Origin: Candidatus Nanohaloarchaea archaeon
GTDB lineage: Archaea; Nanohalarchaeota; Nanosalinia; Nanosalinales; Nanosalinaceae
Length of the DNA: 26,167 nucleotides
Direction: 5' to 3'
NCBI GenBank assembly: GCA_041640035.1
Contig: JBEQBC010000009.1
Location: 1 to 26,167, forward strand
The notes beneath the pieces are model-generated. The model was given only the letters and a program-made list of their open reading frames with translations, did no database searches and was not told the DNA's origin. The translations under genes were made by a program, and so were the position numbers. This document shows positions 24,929 to 26,167 of this stretch, in pieces. Each line of letters begins with the position of its first letter. The first letter of the stretch is position 1.

Positions 24929-26103
24929 AGTTCTGAAGCTACATTATCGAAGTCGTAATCCTCTCTGTGATGGATGTGGTTCTCGTAGTCGTCTCCTCTA
25001 CCGTGTCTCTCGACAACGTATTCTTTGACTTCCATATCTGATGATACCTGTACAAGCATCCCTACCTGCATATCCAGTTCGTTCAGGTACTTGTTGACCT
25101 GCTGTACATTCTCATGGAACTTTCCGTTTCTCTCCAGGTCGCCGTTCTGATCCAGGTATTCCTCCTGGTCTTTAGGCATATGTTTGAATTCGTATACGAA
25201 CAGGTCGCCTAATGCGTCAGGTCTCAGAGTATTGTCGATTCTTCTCTCCTTGTTTACATCATCTCTACTGCCTTTGTTCCTGAAGTGGAGTGGGTACTCT
25301 GGTTCTACTCCTTCTACATCTTCTGCCAGTTGCTCCATCATCATATGCAGAGTGTCTCCGTATGTGACGCCTGGTATCTCGGAGATATCCATGTAGTCCT
25401 GTATGTTTTCCTCTTCTATGACTTCAGCCCAGTCGACCGGTTCGTCAGGTATCTCCACGCGGTCGTACTCGTGGTTGGTTGATTCCTTGTGTTTCCGGTG
25501 TTCATCTACTGCTTTGGACAGCAGGTTCTCTTTCTCCCTCTCGATGTTTTCCTGGGCTTCTGCCAATGCTTCTTTTATCGGCATAGCGTCGAAGGAATCT
25601 GCGAGAGTGTAGAATGTTTCAAGCATCTTGTACTCGATTATATCGTATTCCTGCTTGAAGTGATCGTCATCTAAATCGAATTTTTCAGTAATCTTATCCT
25701 CAATTCTTCTGTCCAGGCCGTCCAGTCGCTGTTCCAGTTCTTCCAGTTCTGCGTAGCTCTGGACAGGGTTGTCGTAGTCAGGCTCAGTGTCCTGTTCGTC
25801 TGTGAAGGCTTTGACATATCTTGCCTCTACAGCGCCGAGTGAGATATCTTTCTTGAACTTCTTGAGCCGGGTTAACTCCTCATTGATCTCCTCCATAGAG
25901 TCGATACTCATAGGATCGTCGTTATCTCTCCAGATCAGGAAGAAGAAAGGATCCTCATCCTCCATCAAGTCATGCCGGTTATTCAGTATAGCACCAGCAT
26001 AATTATTCAGGTTCTCCTGAGTCCAGTCAATCCAGTCCGAGTACTCATCATTCAGCTCTTCCAGCTCCTCAGCATTCCTATCAAGCGGATCAAGAACTCC
26101 CAT
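24925..26103 (-). CDS. Coiled-coil protein with C-terminal PD-(D/E)XK nuclease domain
   Basis: YGDTLH...EPEYPL...RPDALGDLFVYEFK...QQVNKYL...GMLV. Confidence 0.75.
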   Translation of the reverse strand: MGVLDPLDRNAEELEELNDEYSDWIDWTQENLNNYAGAILNNRHDLMEDEDPFFFLIWRDNDDPMSIDSMEEINEELTRLKKFKKDISLGAVEARYVKAFTDEQDTEPDYDNPVQSYAELEELEQRLDGLDRRIEDKITEKFDLDDDHFKQEYDIIEYKMLETFYTLADSFDAMPIKEALAEAQENIEREKENLLSKAVDEHRKHKESTNHEYDRVEIPDEPVDWAEVIEEENIQDYMDISEIPGVTYGDTLHMMMEQLAEDVEGVEPEYPLHFRNKGSRDDVNKERRIDNTLRPDALGDLFVYEFKHMPKDQEEYLDQNGDLERNGKFHENVQQVNKYLNELDMQVGMLVQVSSDMEVKEYVVERHGRGDDYENHIHHREDYDFDNVASEL

Positions 26104-26167
26104 ACCAATGTTGTTATGAACAAATAATAAAATACTTACCTAGGGGTCTAACTGTAAACCCCCTCAA

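Noticed and set aside
1178-26002. Numerous antisense or alternate-frame ORFs (e.g. 1178..1435, 9115..9540, 15234..15737, 19622..19966, 22910..23287)
   Set aside because: They overlap better-supported genes and show the S/F/L-rich composition expected from the antisense of acidic codons.

Overview
Gene-dense archaeal chromosomal segment, most consistent with a Nanohaloarchaeota (DPANN) halophile. This is inferred from the strongly acidic proteome, moderate GC, TATA boxes about 25 nt before apparently leaderless starts, CCA-less tRNA genes and a stand-alone 5S rRNA. Recognisable genes: lipoprotein thermonuclease (partial), 2Fe-2S ferredoxin, two unannotated Cys-rich microproteins, pterin carbinolamine dehydratase, a histone-fold/coiled-coil protein, NUDIX, EamA, DUF1405, HD-domain hydrolase, GIY-YIG (DUF123), DsbB, D-2-hydroxyacid dehydrogenase, a histidine kinase, PAP2, YdjM-like hydrolase, PHP, tRNA-Leu(TAG), tRNA-Glu(CTC) and 5S rRNA. 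The most interesting unexplained elements are: (1) an approximately 310-nt, highly structured candidate ncRNA on the minus strand (about 14607-14295) with its own promoter and terminator signals, a pseudoknot and twin CUUCAAGUCU hairpins, matching no family I recognise; (2) three nearby, unusually built zincin (HExxH)-like proteins; (3) two Cas4/RecB-like PD-(D/E)XK nucleases, each near a winged-helix protein. All assignments come from reading motifs by eye; no database searches were run.
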